Notes: generated by a model from the sequence alone, not told the origin. DNA of 64,000 nt from Octopus sinensis (GCF_006345805.1 NC_042997.1:62682001-62746000); one strand, 5' to 3'. Positions 50,511-63,612 are shown, numbered from the stretch's first letter. Numbers and translations: made by a program.

Positions 50511-51972
50511 CGTGCTTTGCTTTCCACTAATAGTAATATTAAAATTTAAACTACTAAAATTACTAGTAGTAAAAGTAAACTTCAAGTTGATAACCGTGTG
50601 GTCAGTAAAACTATATCTTAATCTCAGATATACTTAACAGACATTTATCACTTGTAGATCGAAAGCTTTTTTCTTTTTTTAAATCTTTATGTTCATATCA
50701 GCAAAAGCTATTGAAATGTAAACATGAAACTGATGACTTCAAGAACTTGTGTATAAGATCAACAATAGATGTTTCATTTAATTCTTGAAAATTTTATCAT
50801 TTAGAGGCTTGGATTCTGTTTCCTTCAATGATTTTAATATAATTTTAAACGTGATTGACTTGACTCCGTCACGTTAAATCATTGTTATCACCAGTATAAT
50901 GGCCATTTAAAGTGAATAAATGGTTTCCTCGTGTGATATAAGTATTTTATTTCACGTTTAGAAAGTATTTTAATAGTTAACAAGAAAATATAAGTTTACT
51001 TTTGTGTGTTATTTCATTTAAATCGCTATTGGACACCACACAGGCATACATAGTGATAAATGATCTCTAAACTTAAGTCAGATGTTTGATGTAAATCATA
51101 AAGTATGCATCGCTGAAAACGAGTTATTCAAGATTGAGAATACTTAAACTGCTTTTAGATTAAAAAAAAAAAGACTTCGTAGATTTTAAGGCCACATTTA
51201 CACAGTCTCTGTCTATCTGTCTGTCTTTCTCTCTCTCTCTCCCTCTCTCTAACACGTACTTTGTCTCGACTCTTGTTAAGGAGTTGATCAGAAGAAAAAG
51301 TTCTTGTATAGCATAAAATAAAATCTAGTCAAAGAAAGAATGAATTTAAAAGAAAATTTAATAAAAGAAAAAAATGGCTTTTTACATTTGGGCTTTGATA
51401 ATTTTCACTGATGCCATCAACTCTTTATTTCTAACTTTGAAGAGAAATTCTGAAATAAAATGGCAGAAGCTGTATTTGAAACGTGTATCAAGTTTAAACG
51501 TTCGTATGTTTCATTATTGTTTCTTACTCGGTCTTGTTTTGTTAATAGTTTCGATTATTTTGATTTCATTTCTTTCTTGTTTCTTTTAGAATCATTTGTG
51601 TAGAATAAGGAGTTATATATAAAAAAAGAGCAGAGTGAGAAGAGAAGGAAAAGATAATGGTTTCAAAATGGGGAGTTAATTTCTGTTTCGAATAAATTGC
51701 TAACTCCAAGAATTGTATGAATCAAGTTGCGTTGTTCCCTGGATATAATTGGTTCATGACCTCGGAGTGCTCGCACGGGTCATTAAAATAGAGCTGTGTT
51801 TGTGTAATAATGATTTGAAGGGGAAATAAGTGAATGTTTTTTTGGGTAAAATCAGGGGACAGTTCAGTTTTTGTAACATAAATCGCTATTGCGATATTGG
51901 ACGAGGCAGCTCCTCCGAGAAGTCAACCGTTTTTATCTTGCTGCTGATAAATGCGCTGTGACTCGCCTAGAC

Positions 51973-52156
51973 CAATGCTCCACAACCGATATACTGCGGC
52001 ACACTGGTGTGCCATGAGACGATGCTAGGTGTGCTGCAGTGTAACTCGAAAATAATTTTTTCCCTATACTTTTAGTGATATTTTTAGTTGAGGTGTGCTG
52101 CTGAATTTTGAAAAGAATATGTGTACCGCAAGTGGAAAAAAGGTTGCCGATCACAG
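51973..52156. mobile_element. hAT-type MITE with 8 bp TSD
   Basis: Exact 8 bp direct repeat GCCTAGAC at 51965-51972 and 52157-52164; imperfect TIRs caatgctccacaacc / ggttgccgatcacag. Confidence 0.85.
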
Positions 52157-53029
52157 GCCTAGACAGATATGGAGTTCACCAATGTATACGCAGTCGCCCG
52201 AGAGAAACAAAGGGGATAGTTAAAAGAAATATGATGAAATGTCAGTGCGTAAGATCATAAATCAGTCAAACTTAACGAAGATCAGTTAAGTAATGAAAGC
52301 GGCATGGTCGAATGGTTAAGAAATCCCGAGTTCGATCTCACTACATGGCATCTTGAGCAAGTGTCATTTTTAAAAAAAATCCATAGCCGAAGTCCTGTAA
52401 GTGAAATTGAGTTGACGCAAACTGCGCGGAAGCCTGTCTGATGGATTTTACTTGTAATTCAAAAGTCACGTGAAGGATATATGTTTCTGGAATACTCAGT
52501 TACTTATATGCTAATTCAATGAGTCGGTAGTTCATTTCATCAAACAACTGAATACTCAATGTTGAAATCGATAGAGATCCATTAATTTACCGACAAGGTA
52601 GTCACTTGTTAGATGAACAAATACAAATCGCTCAACATTCTAGGAATGAAGGAAATGACATTGTTCCTGACGAAGATGGAAAAAGCCGAAATATCTTTCA
52701 TCATGTCTGATCAATCGATCGACCTGGGGTTAAACGATATTCGTATAGGTGTCGCAGAATAGTGGCTAATTCACCATTGTATGTCAGCTTGGTTTGCACT
52801 TCTTCTTGCGGTGGAGAGAACTCTTACTCGCAATAGACTTGCATCTTTACAACTATTTCAGTCACTACTTTTATACATATTTAAACACGTGATATGCTCT
52901 AACAGATAGTTAATACAAGGAAGATAATCATTTGTTCTTAATATTTGGCTGGGCAAAAGTTTAAATTTGAAATTCAGGAATTGCAAGGAAAAAGACACAT
53001 AGAATTTACATATTTAATATTATTATTGA

Positions 53030-53535
53030 GTGAGGGCAGTGCATGCCATCAAAATAATACTGGCGTACACCAAGCACATGCAGCACAATCATATGTGCGC
53101 GACATGGTGATCTCATATCAAGATGAGCAGCGCATGACCTTGCAGGTGGAGTCCAGTTAGAATTTTCTTCAGGTTGAGTAGTCCATCCCGTTCAAATGGT
53201 CCTTGAATAAGGGTTGTTTAAAGATGTTGAACGAAGCACCCATGTTTCCAGAGGTGAATTCAAACTCCAAAGAATTCTCTCAACACATGGCTATGTTGCT
53301 CCCCCACTACTTCTACTTGTGATCAGAGATGCACATATTGTCAGCCACCAAAGGACATGCTCAACTGGTTAAGGTCAAACAACTGACAAGAAAATCTATG
53401 GTAGTGAGCAGAATGTTTGTTGTAGCCCATCGTTTATACCAAGACAAATTAATGTACGTGATAACACTTCCAATCAGTTAAGATAAGAAGCCATGAGAGC
53501 CGCTGCCTGGTATTGCATCAGGACAATTATTATTA
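53030..53535 (-). mobile_element. TAA-microsatellite-embedded interspersed repeat (family of 59341-59897)
   Basis: Reverse complement of 59341-59897 with a deletion; short TTA repeats at both ends. Confidence 0.8.
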
Positions 53536-55196
53536 TTTTGTTGCTTAAAAATCAACAGACATATGATAAAAGGCAAGGTGTGGTCATTTCGTCCATACAA
53601 CAGGCAGAGTATGTAGGACAAAGGTAGTCGATTAGTAAAGACGGTAGAGTATCATGTAAAAAGCATGAGCAGGCAGAATCGTTAGCTCGTAAATGATTTA
53701 CCTGCTCCTTCAGAATCACTAGCCTTGTGCCAAAATCTGAAGTTGTATCATGATATAAGTCCCTGTATTGTAAATTTCTTCCAAGATTGATTTCTTCTTC
53801 GATGATAAGTATTTTCTAATAAGACATTTTAATTATATTATTTCAGATCTTATCAAATAATCATGACGAATATAAATTATCTTTAGTGGACAAATTTTCT
53901 GTCCGAGTCTGCTAGTAACTGATAATACTGTTTGGACATATAGTGTACTACTGTATTCTTAAATGTCCAAAACAAAAACCCGATGGAACAAAACAAAACA
54001 TACCCAGCATCTTGGCAACTCAGCCTGGAGTATCACCGTATTTTAAGCTCGCCTTACAATTCATTTCATTCCGGTTAAGAATTAACATGCAGGCAAGTAG
54101 AAAGCAACGTACCGTAGGCTTCTTTCATATACTTGCTTAAAGAGAGCAAGTAGGACAGTGCTTAATATAATTTTCAGGGTTGACATTATCCTCAGACAGG
54201 GGACCTGGTCTGAATGCTTGCAAAAGAGAGGATTCTTCCTAAAAGCACCTAAAAACCATATGAGTGTTAAACTGGACGGCAGATTAAGTCTAACACCCAA
54301 CAATAGGAACGGTCTCCACAACAGATTTCTAAGCAGCTTCCGACGACTAAATATGCTGTGAGGTGTACGTGAGCTAATTTGCATATTTGTGTTGGTTTAA
54401 TTCCTCAGTTTCTTTTTAACCGTACCGCTAAGAATTTGTTTTAACTCTGCCTTCTGTGTCAACTCTTCCATACTTTTCCTGTTGACATTGGCCAACTGCT
54501 AAGTTATTGTTAGTACACTAACATAGATGGACCTGAAGATATTTACTCCAAGTTATATTTTACTGAGAAGATTTATATGCTTTAAACAGTTTGATTTGTG
54601 TGTGGTATAACGAAACTGATAGGATGTACAATGTAAAATCTCTCCTCCTAGACGACATGTGTGAAAAGTTACTGGATTATGAATAACATAATTGGATCGT
54701 AAGATGCACCTGTTTCTGCGTTATACGTTATCAGTTACGAATACTATATCTGCACCTCACAGCCCGAAAAGAACGAATTCGTTCTTATATTAGAACAGCA
54801 AACACTATACTCACTGATGTGCGTTAAGCTTGGTCAAGCTAGAATTAGCTAAAGTCATACAGCAGTATTGAATCAAGTATATTCATGTAAAGTTATATTC
54901 AATATGTTCGAGTAGACTCGGTTGTGTGAAGAATTTTTGTTTCGGAAATGGTCTCGAAGAAAAATTCTCCTCCTGGACGACATATGTGAAAACACACTGG
55001 ACTATGAATGACTTTGTAGGACCGCAGTATGCATGCGTCTATTTTCAAACATGTCGCTAGGTAGGGAATTTTCTCACGAGACTATTTCTGCAGTATTCGA
55101 GACTATTTCTTTCCGTATCCGAGAGTACTTGAACATGTTAAATACAACTTTACACGAATATATTTTATTCAACGCTGTTTTGTGCGACTTTACTGT

Positions 55197-55218
55197 ACAC
55201 ACACACACACACACACAT

Positions 55219-55311
<93 letters not shown>
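55197..55311. repeat. (CA)n microsatellite
   Basis: Directly visible. Confidence 0.95.
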
Positions 55312-55312
<1 letters not shown>

Positions 55313-56600
55313 AAAGCAGAAATACTCGGCCTTGCCCGAGTTAAAGAAAACAATAAAATTTAAAAACGCCGTCTAGATTACGCAGGTCTCAACTACTAGT
55401 AGCTAAGATACCAACTTTCTACGTAACTCTGCAACCCAAGCCAGCATGGAACATAGACGTTAAGTGAAATGTGAAAAGAAAGTTTTCAACTCATGTATAT
55501 ATATAAAGTAAATACACGTTTGTGTAACTTACTTCGTACACCCAAAACAGGTACAAATTATAAACAGTGAAAGGCCGTGGGTGGAGTACACACACACAAA
55601 CCGACAGCGAATATATCATGTTATTGTTTCACATTTACGCATTCAGTCAAAAAGTGAAAGTGTAATAGTAATATTTTAACACTCAATGGTTTTACACTTC
55701 TGTATATAATATGGACCTACTATTCATGTAAGTGCTTCTTTATATACTGTGTCTTCTGTCTTGCCATGTTTATCATTGAGAAAGTAGAGGTTCTTTTCAT
55801 CTCCAACTCTAGAACATCCAACATACAGCTGACCATATGAGAAGCAAGGAGATTCATTTTGGACGAGGTTCAGCGGCAGCTTGAACGTTGAATGGGCTGT
55901 TCTTCCACTGGTTAGGAGTGTGGCTGCAATTCCAGAGGATGCAACAGCCGGAGCAATCTTCTTCTTCTGTCTCACCTTGGCAAGGAGCAGGTTGATCAAT
56001 AATGTATTTCCTGTGCCTCCAGGAGCATCTAAGAAGAACCTACCAGAGTTATTGTCCACAGATGTAAGAACTTGCCAGTATATCTTCTTTTGATCCTGTA
56101 CCAGAATTGGTTTCTTTTCATTGACAACTGCTTGCAAAATTTCCATGTGATATGATGTTTCCCTGATTAGCTCTTGTGCTAATCTGTGTTGAACCTCTCT
56201 GACAGGAGCTGGAAGACCATAGATTTCAAGTTTGTTTCCACCCAGTGATTGAACCTTGTCGTCTATTAATCTTAATGTCTCATTGAAGATCTTATAATTG
56301 AACGTGACATCACCGTCACACAAATATAGAATTCCTTGAAGAATGTCTTCAGAAAGCCTCTCTACATTTTGTACGAAAGTTGCTTTGGATTCACCAGCAT
56401 GATGGAGAAGAGACTTCACAGCTGCATAGGTGACTTGCACATTTATGCCTCTGTCAAAGTGACATCCCAGTGTGCATCATCTTCCAGAAGACCTCTGAGA
56501 TGGAAAACCTGGCGATATGTTTGACATACTGTGCTGTCAACCTTACGTAAGGCTTTAAATGATGTGGGTTCCTTGACATGGTGTAATAGAAGCTTTAGAT
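55312..56600 (-). mobile_element. Helitron relic: internally deleted RepHel (PIF1-like helicase) and 3' terminus
   Basis: Minus strand reads LLLHHVKEPTSF..LLEDDAHWD, then ORF 55724-56440 with FFLDAPGGTGNT, AVASSGIAATLL..GRTAHSTFKLP and FSYGQLYVGCSRV; subterminal hairpin actcggccttgcccgagt at 55324-55341 with a decayed CTAG. Confidence 0.9.
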
Positions 56601-56787
56601 ACTAGCACTTTGAGTAGCTTTGGAGAACTATTCCCTACTCGGGGGTGTTTCGGAACAAGTCATCCATATTTGTTTCATTTTCTGTTTTGTGCGTTTGTGC
56701 ATCAAATTATTCATGCATCACAAGTATGAAAGCAATTGGTGGAGCCGTTTTCACGTGAAAAGTGAATACGCACACATCTCTATTATA

Positions 56788-56834
<47 letters not shown>

Positions 56835-57809
56835 TATATATATGATTATATATATATATATATATTATATATATATACACTTAAATTCTTTTTTTTTTTA
56901 AATATAAGTGCTATAAGGTTGAACAGAACACAGAATGCACGTGTTTCTTTTAACGAGGCACAAATGTATGGAAATGCAGAAGCAGTTGAAAGAGAATAAA
57001 AGATGCATTGTAAAGTATGGGATTTCTAAAACTGAGACACGGCCAGCTATATTGAAGGGAAGAAACAAAGTAAATAATATCGATCTACACTACTTGATTG
57101 ATAATGATTTTATCCCAGATGGACGCAGGCAAATTTGGCCACAGTGGGAATTATGTATAGCGATGTAATGTTTGTGTAGTGTCAGTTTCTAAATTTTTGA
57201 ACACTGTTGTCCATGTGTTAATCTGAAAAGCGCAAACACACACATACACACACACAGACACACGGAGAGACAAAGACAAACACACACATACTCAAACACA
57301 AACACGTGCTTACGCATATGAGCACGCTCTGTTTTATACATGTATGAATGTGCAATGTGTGTATTATTAATATGTTTGTAAATTGAAATTTGAAGCAAGA
57401 TTTTTCTAATATCTAGGTTAATTGTCTTTTCATAATAAAACAAAGGAAAAAAATAACTGCTACGAAATCCACGTTAAATGGGGGAAAATTGAATCAATTA
57501 ATTAAAAAGCTCTGAAGGTCATTAGCGCTGAAGAAGTTTCTTAATTATTCATACAGCAGAAAATTAACTAGTTCCACATCTTCTGATGAGATTTTGTGAT
57601 TATTACAATGACACAAGAGAACCAGACACGAGAGACTGGCTTGTTATCAGCTCTCTCTCTATTACTATAGCCAGCGTAATTTTATTTTAAACGAGGTCAG
57701 CGACGGTGATAATTAAGTTATTATTAAGTTCCTGACTTCGATTCTCAGCTAGAAAAGCGTAATTTCATTCACGTTACAGATGTTATAGGTTAAAAGTAGG
57801 AATGAATCT

Positions 57810-58130
57810 CACAACTTCAAGTACCGTGTTGTGAAGAAGTTCGTTTCGCAGCTATTTGGTTTCGAGTTCAATTCCCCCGTGTGACATCTTGGGCAAGTGC
57901 CTTCTACCATAACCCCGGGTTGACCAAAGCCTTGTAAGTGAATTTAGTAGGCAGGAACCGAGAAGAAGACCACCGTAAGTATGCATGAGTGTGAATATAT
58001 CTTTGTATTTGTGTCTGTCTCGCTACCGTTTGACAATCGGTACTGGTTTGTTTACGCCTCCGTAATCTAGTGGCTCGGTAAAAGTAATCAATTGATTAAA
58101 ATAAGTACTAGAGATGATTCGACTAACCCA
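57810..58130 (+). mobile_element. Decayed tRNA-derived SINE (family of 61176-61597)
   Basis: ggtttcgagttcaattcc...cttgggcaagtg..cttcta...gaccaaagccttgt. Other relics of this family lie at about 34080-34250, 40705-40900 and 52298-52520. Confidence 0.65.
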
Positions 58131-58571
58131 ACAGGACCACAGGCCAACAAGTGAAACAAATAAAAAAGGAACCCGAGAAGGATGAAATTAAAAAAAATCG
58201 AAATCAATCTTGGTGGGATTTGAACTCAGAATGTAAAAAGATATAACAATATAGTGTTGGTCTAACAACAGTGGATTATATATAATGACGCATTTCTTTT
58301 TGTTTTTGTTTTTGCTCCATCCAACAGAAAACAGACTAGTTCCGATCTAGTTAGTATAATAATTCAGTAAGAGCATAGACGTTAACAAGGTTTGTGAGTA
58401 AAGATAAAAATCACGAGAGAATGCTGATTTAGAATATAACAAATATTAGTTTACAGTAATAGACAAGGCAGAGTAATCGTAAAGATGTTGGGAAAATGTA
58501 CATACATATTCTGTTGTTTGATAGTCAATTGAATATAGCAGTGTAGAAAGTGTTCATATTTTCTTGATTTG

Positions 58572-59282
58572 TATAAGGTTGTCTGGAAATTCTGAGCCTT
58601 TTTAAGCTAAAAATTTAAAGCTTCATTGAACACACATGAAACGTAACACAGTTAAAACTTTGGCTTTGTTTGAAGTGGTAGTACATCTCTTTGTTCTTTA
58701 CTAAAAATAGATTTATCTTTCATCCTGGTTACCCTTTATTGACATGTGAAATGGATAACCAAAAATGTCATATTCGCGTTGTAATGCTTTTCTATTTAAA
58801 AAAAGGAGAAAATGCTGCAAAGACTTGTAAAAACATTTGTGAAGTTTATGGTAATGATGCTGTAGGTGAATCAATTGTTCGAAAGTAGTTTGCAGAATTT
58901 AAAGTGGGAGAGTTTAGCTTGGAAGATGACAGTCGCAGCGAAAGACCTCAAAAATTGGATGAAGATGTTTTGAAGGCAAAAATTAAAGGAAACTCAAATA
59001 TCGCCACTAAAGAACTTGTAGAGGAGTTGGTAGTTTCTAAAAGTACGGCTCATGAACACTTGGTGAAGTTAGGATACATTTGTTGCTATAATGTATGGAT
59101 TTCTCACAAACTTACAGAAAAGAATTGCTTGGACCGGTATTCTGTTTGTGATATGCGTTTGGAGCGGAATGCCTTTTTTGAAACAACTTGTGACTGGAGA
59201 TGAAAAATGGATTGTGTACGAAAACGTAGTGCGAAAGAGATCCTGGAGTTTGCGTAAGGATCACCTAAAACAGCAACCTTAA
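58572..59282 (+). mobile_element. 3'-truncated mariner transposon
   Basis: TA-taaggttgtctggaaa 5' end; from 58751 MDNQKCHIRVVMLFYLKKGENAAKT...SLEDDSRSERP...WISHKL...TGDEKWIVYENVVRKRSW; premature stop at 58886 and a frameshift. Confidence 0.9.
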
Positions 59283-59284
59283 AG

Positions 59285-59325
<41 letters not shown>

Positions 59326-59340
59326 TATAATAATAATAAA

Positions 59341-59897
59341 TGCCCTGATGCAGTTCCAAGCAGCGGCTCTCATGGCTTCTGATCTTAACTGACTGGAAGT
59401 GTTATCATGTACATTGTTTTGTCTTGATGTAAAAGATGGGCTACAGCAAATATTCTGCTCAATACTACAGATTTGCTTGTCAGTTATTTGACCTTAACCA
59501 GTTGAGCATGTCCCTTAGTGGCTGACGATATGCGCATCTCTGATCACGAGTAGAAGTAGTGGGGGAGCATCATAGCCATGTGTTGAGAGGGATTCTTTGG
59601 GGTTTGAATAATTCACCTCTGGAAACATGGGTGTTTCGTTCAACATCCTTAAACAACCCTTAATCAGGGACCTTTTGAGTGGGATGGGTTACCTGACCAG
59701 AAGAAAGTTCTTACAAGACCCCACTCGCAAGGTCATGCGCTGTTTATCTTGATATGAGATCACCATGTCGCACACATATGGTTGTGATGCATGTGCCTGG
59801 TGTACCCTTATCAGACGGGTAGTCATGATGGGTATACTGGGCTTCGTATATTTTACCCCAGTGTCACTTTGATGACATGCACTGCTCTCTCACTCAA
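59341..59897 (+). mobile_element. TAA-microsatellite-embedded interspersed repeat
   Basis: Flanked on both sides by (TAA)n (about 59283-59337 and 59897-59952); second copy at 53030-53535. Confidence 0.8.
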
Positions 59898-59905
59898 CAA
59901 TAATG

Positions 59906-59952
<47 letters not shown>

Positions 59953-59978
59953 TGGTGAAAAGAAAACCAATAATAACT

Positions 59979-60200
59979 GGAGTATTGGGTATGATAAAGA
60001 AACACGAGGAAAAACATAGAAGTTATACCTGGATCCTCAACACTACACACGATCTAAAAAAATAGCCCTGCTAGGAAAAGTCCACATCTTACGCAAGATA
60101 CTATCAATCCAATAATACAACCTAAATAAAATAACCCACAAACACAAGACACACTCTATACAGCAATTACCAAGTGAAATAAATTTTCTACTAGCAATAT
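59979..60200 (+). mobile_element. R4/Dong-like non-LTR retrotransposon 3' end
   Basis: Reads GVLGMIKKH.../IPGSSTLHTI*KIALLGKVHILRKILSIQ*, matching the GALG...QK.ALLGTAHILRK C-terminus of restriction-like-endonuclease LINEs; starts next to (TAA)n. Confidence 0.7.
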
Positions 60201-61175
60201 GGATAACCAATGCAATATCAGTGTAGTACATTTGGTATTTTCCTTTGACACTACCTCTAAATTTTCCATAAAGCCATCAACAGGGGCGTTTCATCCTCCA
60301 TTCAGAGATGCTGTTTCGGAGCAGAGCCGATGAAGAAACAAATACGTATTCATTTGAACTGCTAGAATGAGCAGCTAAATTTTCCACAAATCATAGACTA
60401 GAATATTTAAAAAAGACGCGTTGGATAACATATTCCTTGGTTCCCCCAAAATGGGAGAAGGACGGGATGGTCGTTACTGGAATGACTTAGATCATAGGCC
60501 AGCTTAACTTGGGGCAAAAAAACAACGACAACAATATATAACTATTCTAGAGCAACGCTACTACATTTTGCTATCGAAAAGAAACTCTACGGGGATACTG
60601 GATTATAAAGAGTAATCGATTTTTATCAGATTATACTTTTATCGAGTGGTACTTGTTTTATAGACTGCATCAGGGCAAGATTTGAACTAAGAACATAAAG
60701 TAATGTTACTTAACGCTACAAGGCATTTCGTCCGATGTTCTCTAATTTTATAAACAACACAGCACGCTATGTTAACGAATATAAAAATCTTATTTTATAA
60801 CTTGCTGTATTTCTACCAGTTTATGTTTTGTTTTCACTGTTATGTTGTTTCAGTTAATTTAACTTCATTTTCTTGGTTGCCTGTTTAAGAACAGTGCTTT
60901 AGTTGATATTCAACCTGGTAAGAAGGAGGTGACGAACAAAAATGGTATTTTGCCGGATAAAATTCTTATCATGTCTTTAGGTCTTCAAGTTAGACCGACT
61001 GTGGTTGATTTATAACTGGGATTGATTCAGTTGACATAAATCCCCTTTATATGCAATTTGTGACTTTTTGTCGTTGTAAAAAATAAATATTTATGTTATT
61101 GTTGTTCGGATCGAGTAGGTTTATGACGAAAATTTTCCAACTGTGATAATTGTGTCTTTTAATTTTTATTTTAAT

Positions 61176-61597
61176 AGGCATAGCATTGGCTATGTGGTAA
61201 GAAGCTTGCTTTCCAACCTATTGGTTCCGGGTTCAGTTCCACTGCATGGCACCTTCGGCAAGTGTCTTCTACTATAGCCCCGGGCCGACCAAAGCCTTGT
61301 GAGTGAATTTGGTTGAAAGAAACTGAAAGAAGCCCATCGCATATATATATGTATGTATTTATATGTTTGGTGTGTGTGTCTTTGTGCCTGTGTTTGTACA
61401 CTCGCCATCGTTTGACAACCGATGCTAATGTGTTTCTATCCCCATAACTTAGCTGTTCGGCAAAGGAGACCGATAGAATAAGCACTAGGCTAACAAAGAA
61501 TAACCTCTCGGGTCAATTTATTCGACTAAAAAGCCCTTAAGACAGTACTACAGCATGGCCACGGTCAAATGACTGAAACAAGTAAAAGATAAAAGAT
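61176..61597 (+). mobile_element. tRNA-derived SINE, near complete
   Basis: A-box-like TGGCTATGTGG and B-box-like GGTTCAGTTCC; body gcaagtgtcttctactatagc...gaccaaagccttgtgag; tail ggtcaaatgactgaaacaagtaaaaga. Confidence 0.8.
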
Positions 61598-62742
61598 AGC
61601 TGTATTTCTGTGGTGATATGTACATAAGTCATGTATTGAAACATTTACAAGGTGGATGAGTTATTCTAGCCGTTGATGGACACACTGAAGCAGCTACATT
61701 AATTTTTCGGCTATTTCTAATTAATTCTGTCTTAATTAGTTTGTGGGCAGATTCTATAAACTCCAGAAATTATCATTATTCTTTCTGTTCGTTTTCCTCA
61801 TTTTCTGTTCTTTTTCCTCATTTATTGTTTATTGTTCTTCTTAATTACTTCCACCTTTAATCATGGGAGTAATTAATGTCAAACTGATTATAAATTACTG
61901 AAAATTATATATAAAAACAGCCAATAAACAAACGAAAGGTGATTCTACCAGATCGATCATTTGTAAGTACAATTCATTCGAGAGGTACACCAGTACAGAT
62001 AATGGTCAAAGCAAGGTATGTGAAACAAACTCACATATGAGTTGCATATTAAGAAATAAACTCTAAAATATAATGGGCATGTCAAGAAAGTGATCAAACT
62101 TTCGTGAATACTACATAAGGATGACGGCTTGGGTTATACGATGTAGGTGGTAAGTTCAATAGGCTTTGGACGGGCTATGTTGAAAAGAAAGCTAGATCCA
62201 TATTTTAGCAATAAGCTCTACATAAACTGACTTGGTATTGTGAGAGAACCTACATATCTTATGATCTAATACTTAGACAGGTATCTGAGTTAGTTTTCAT
62301 TTGAGAGGACAAACCTTGTCGTAGCCATAAGTCCAAATGAGCTAACGTCAATGCACCATATTGACGACCAGTTACATAATACCCACACCAATACTCTCTG
62401 TGTCTTTCTCTTTGGATTTCTGTTCGCAGCCTCTGCTGTTAACCGTAAACCATAAAATAATATTTTCAGCTTATCGAACTTCGATATTGGAAAACTAGAC
62501 AACCTTCTACGTCAATAAATCACTATTGCTCCTGAAAGTTGTTAATTATACCTTCAACGGACTGCTCCGAGATTACTATCTTCCTACACCTTGATCCTTG
62601 GATTTTACCATTACTTATTACTACATATATGTATGTATACACACACACGCACACACACACACACACCCACCCACAAACATATATAGATCTTATCTTTACT
62701 TATTACTGTATATATATATAAATATATATATAATACGTATGC

Positions 62743-62783
<41 letters not shown>

Positions 62784-62939
62784 TATATGTATATTCTTTT
62801 AATATTTTACTTATTTCAGTCATTTGACTGTGGACATACCGGAGCACCGCCTTTAGTCGAACAAATCGACCTCAGGACTTACCCTTTGTAAGCCTGGTAC
62901 TTATTCTATCGCTAAATTTCGGGGACACAGGAAAGTTAT

Positions 62940-63440
62940 GGTAATAACTAATTATAAGACCTCAGATTCAACTAACTTTCTTCTCATCTATCCTACAACT
63001 GATTTATTGAACTTTGAACCTAATTACTACTTCCTGTCCTGCAAACATGCTGAATTAAACCACACAACACATGCTCTTAATCCCTTTGGATCTTAATACC
63101 TCAAGGTAATTTTTTCGTGAACAATCATAAAACTCAAGATACACAACGAACTCACAATGTATCGGAGTACTTATTTTTTAATTTTTGTACATTTTTATCA
63201 TTATTCTTTTGCAAAAAACAATGCAATTTTCTTTTTTTCCCCTTTCTAATTTTTAAAAAAACGTTTTAAAACATAAATATTCTTGACAAGTCATACAATG
63301 ACGAAAACCGGTTGAATAAATATATATTTATATATTTTATCAATTTCTCATTTTATTAAAATTTTCTTTCATTTGAGCATTCTGTATTTTTAAAAAAATT
63401 TTTCCTTACTTATCATTTCTCCACGTGCGGTCAACACAAC
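62940..63440 (+). mobile_element. Probable Penelope-like element terminal region
   Basis: AT-rich UTR-like segment carrying a minimal hammerhead-type fold, a known hallmark of Penelope pseudo-LTRs; no clear protein motif. Confidence 0.4.
63278..63318 (+). ncRNA. Candidate minimal type-I hammerhead ribozyme motif
   Basis: TATTC-TTGACAA-GTCA tacaa TGAC-GAAA-ACCGGT-T-GAATA: stem I, U3/A8 core variant, stem II, GAAA and palindromic stem III. Confidence 0.55.
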
Positions 63441-63454
63441 CCCACCATTTATTG

Positions 63455-63568
63455 ATCTATATGTATATATATATGTATATATGTATATATGTATATGTAT
63501 ATATATATGTATGTATATATTTATGTATATGTATATATGTATATATGTGCGTGTATATATATATATAC

Positions 63569-63612
<44 letters not shown>

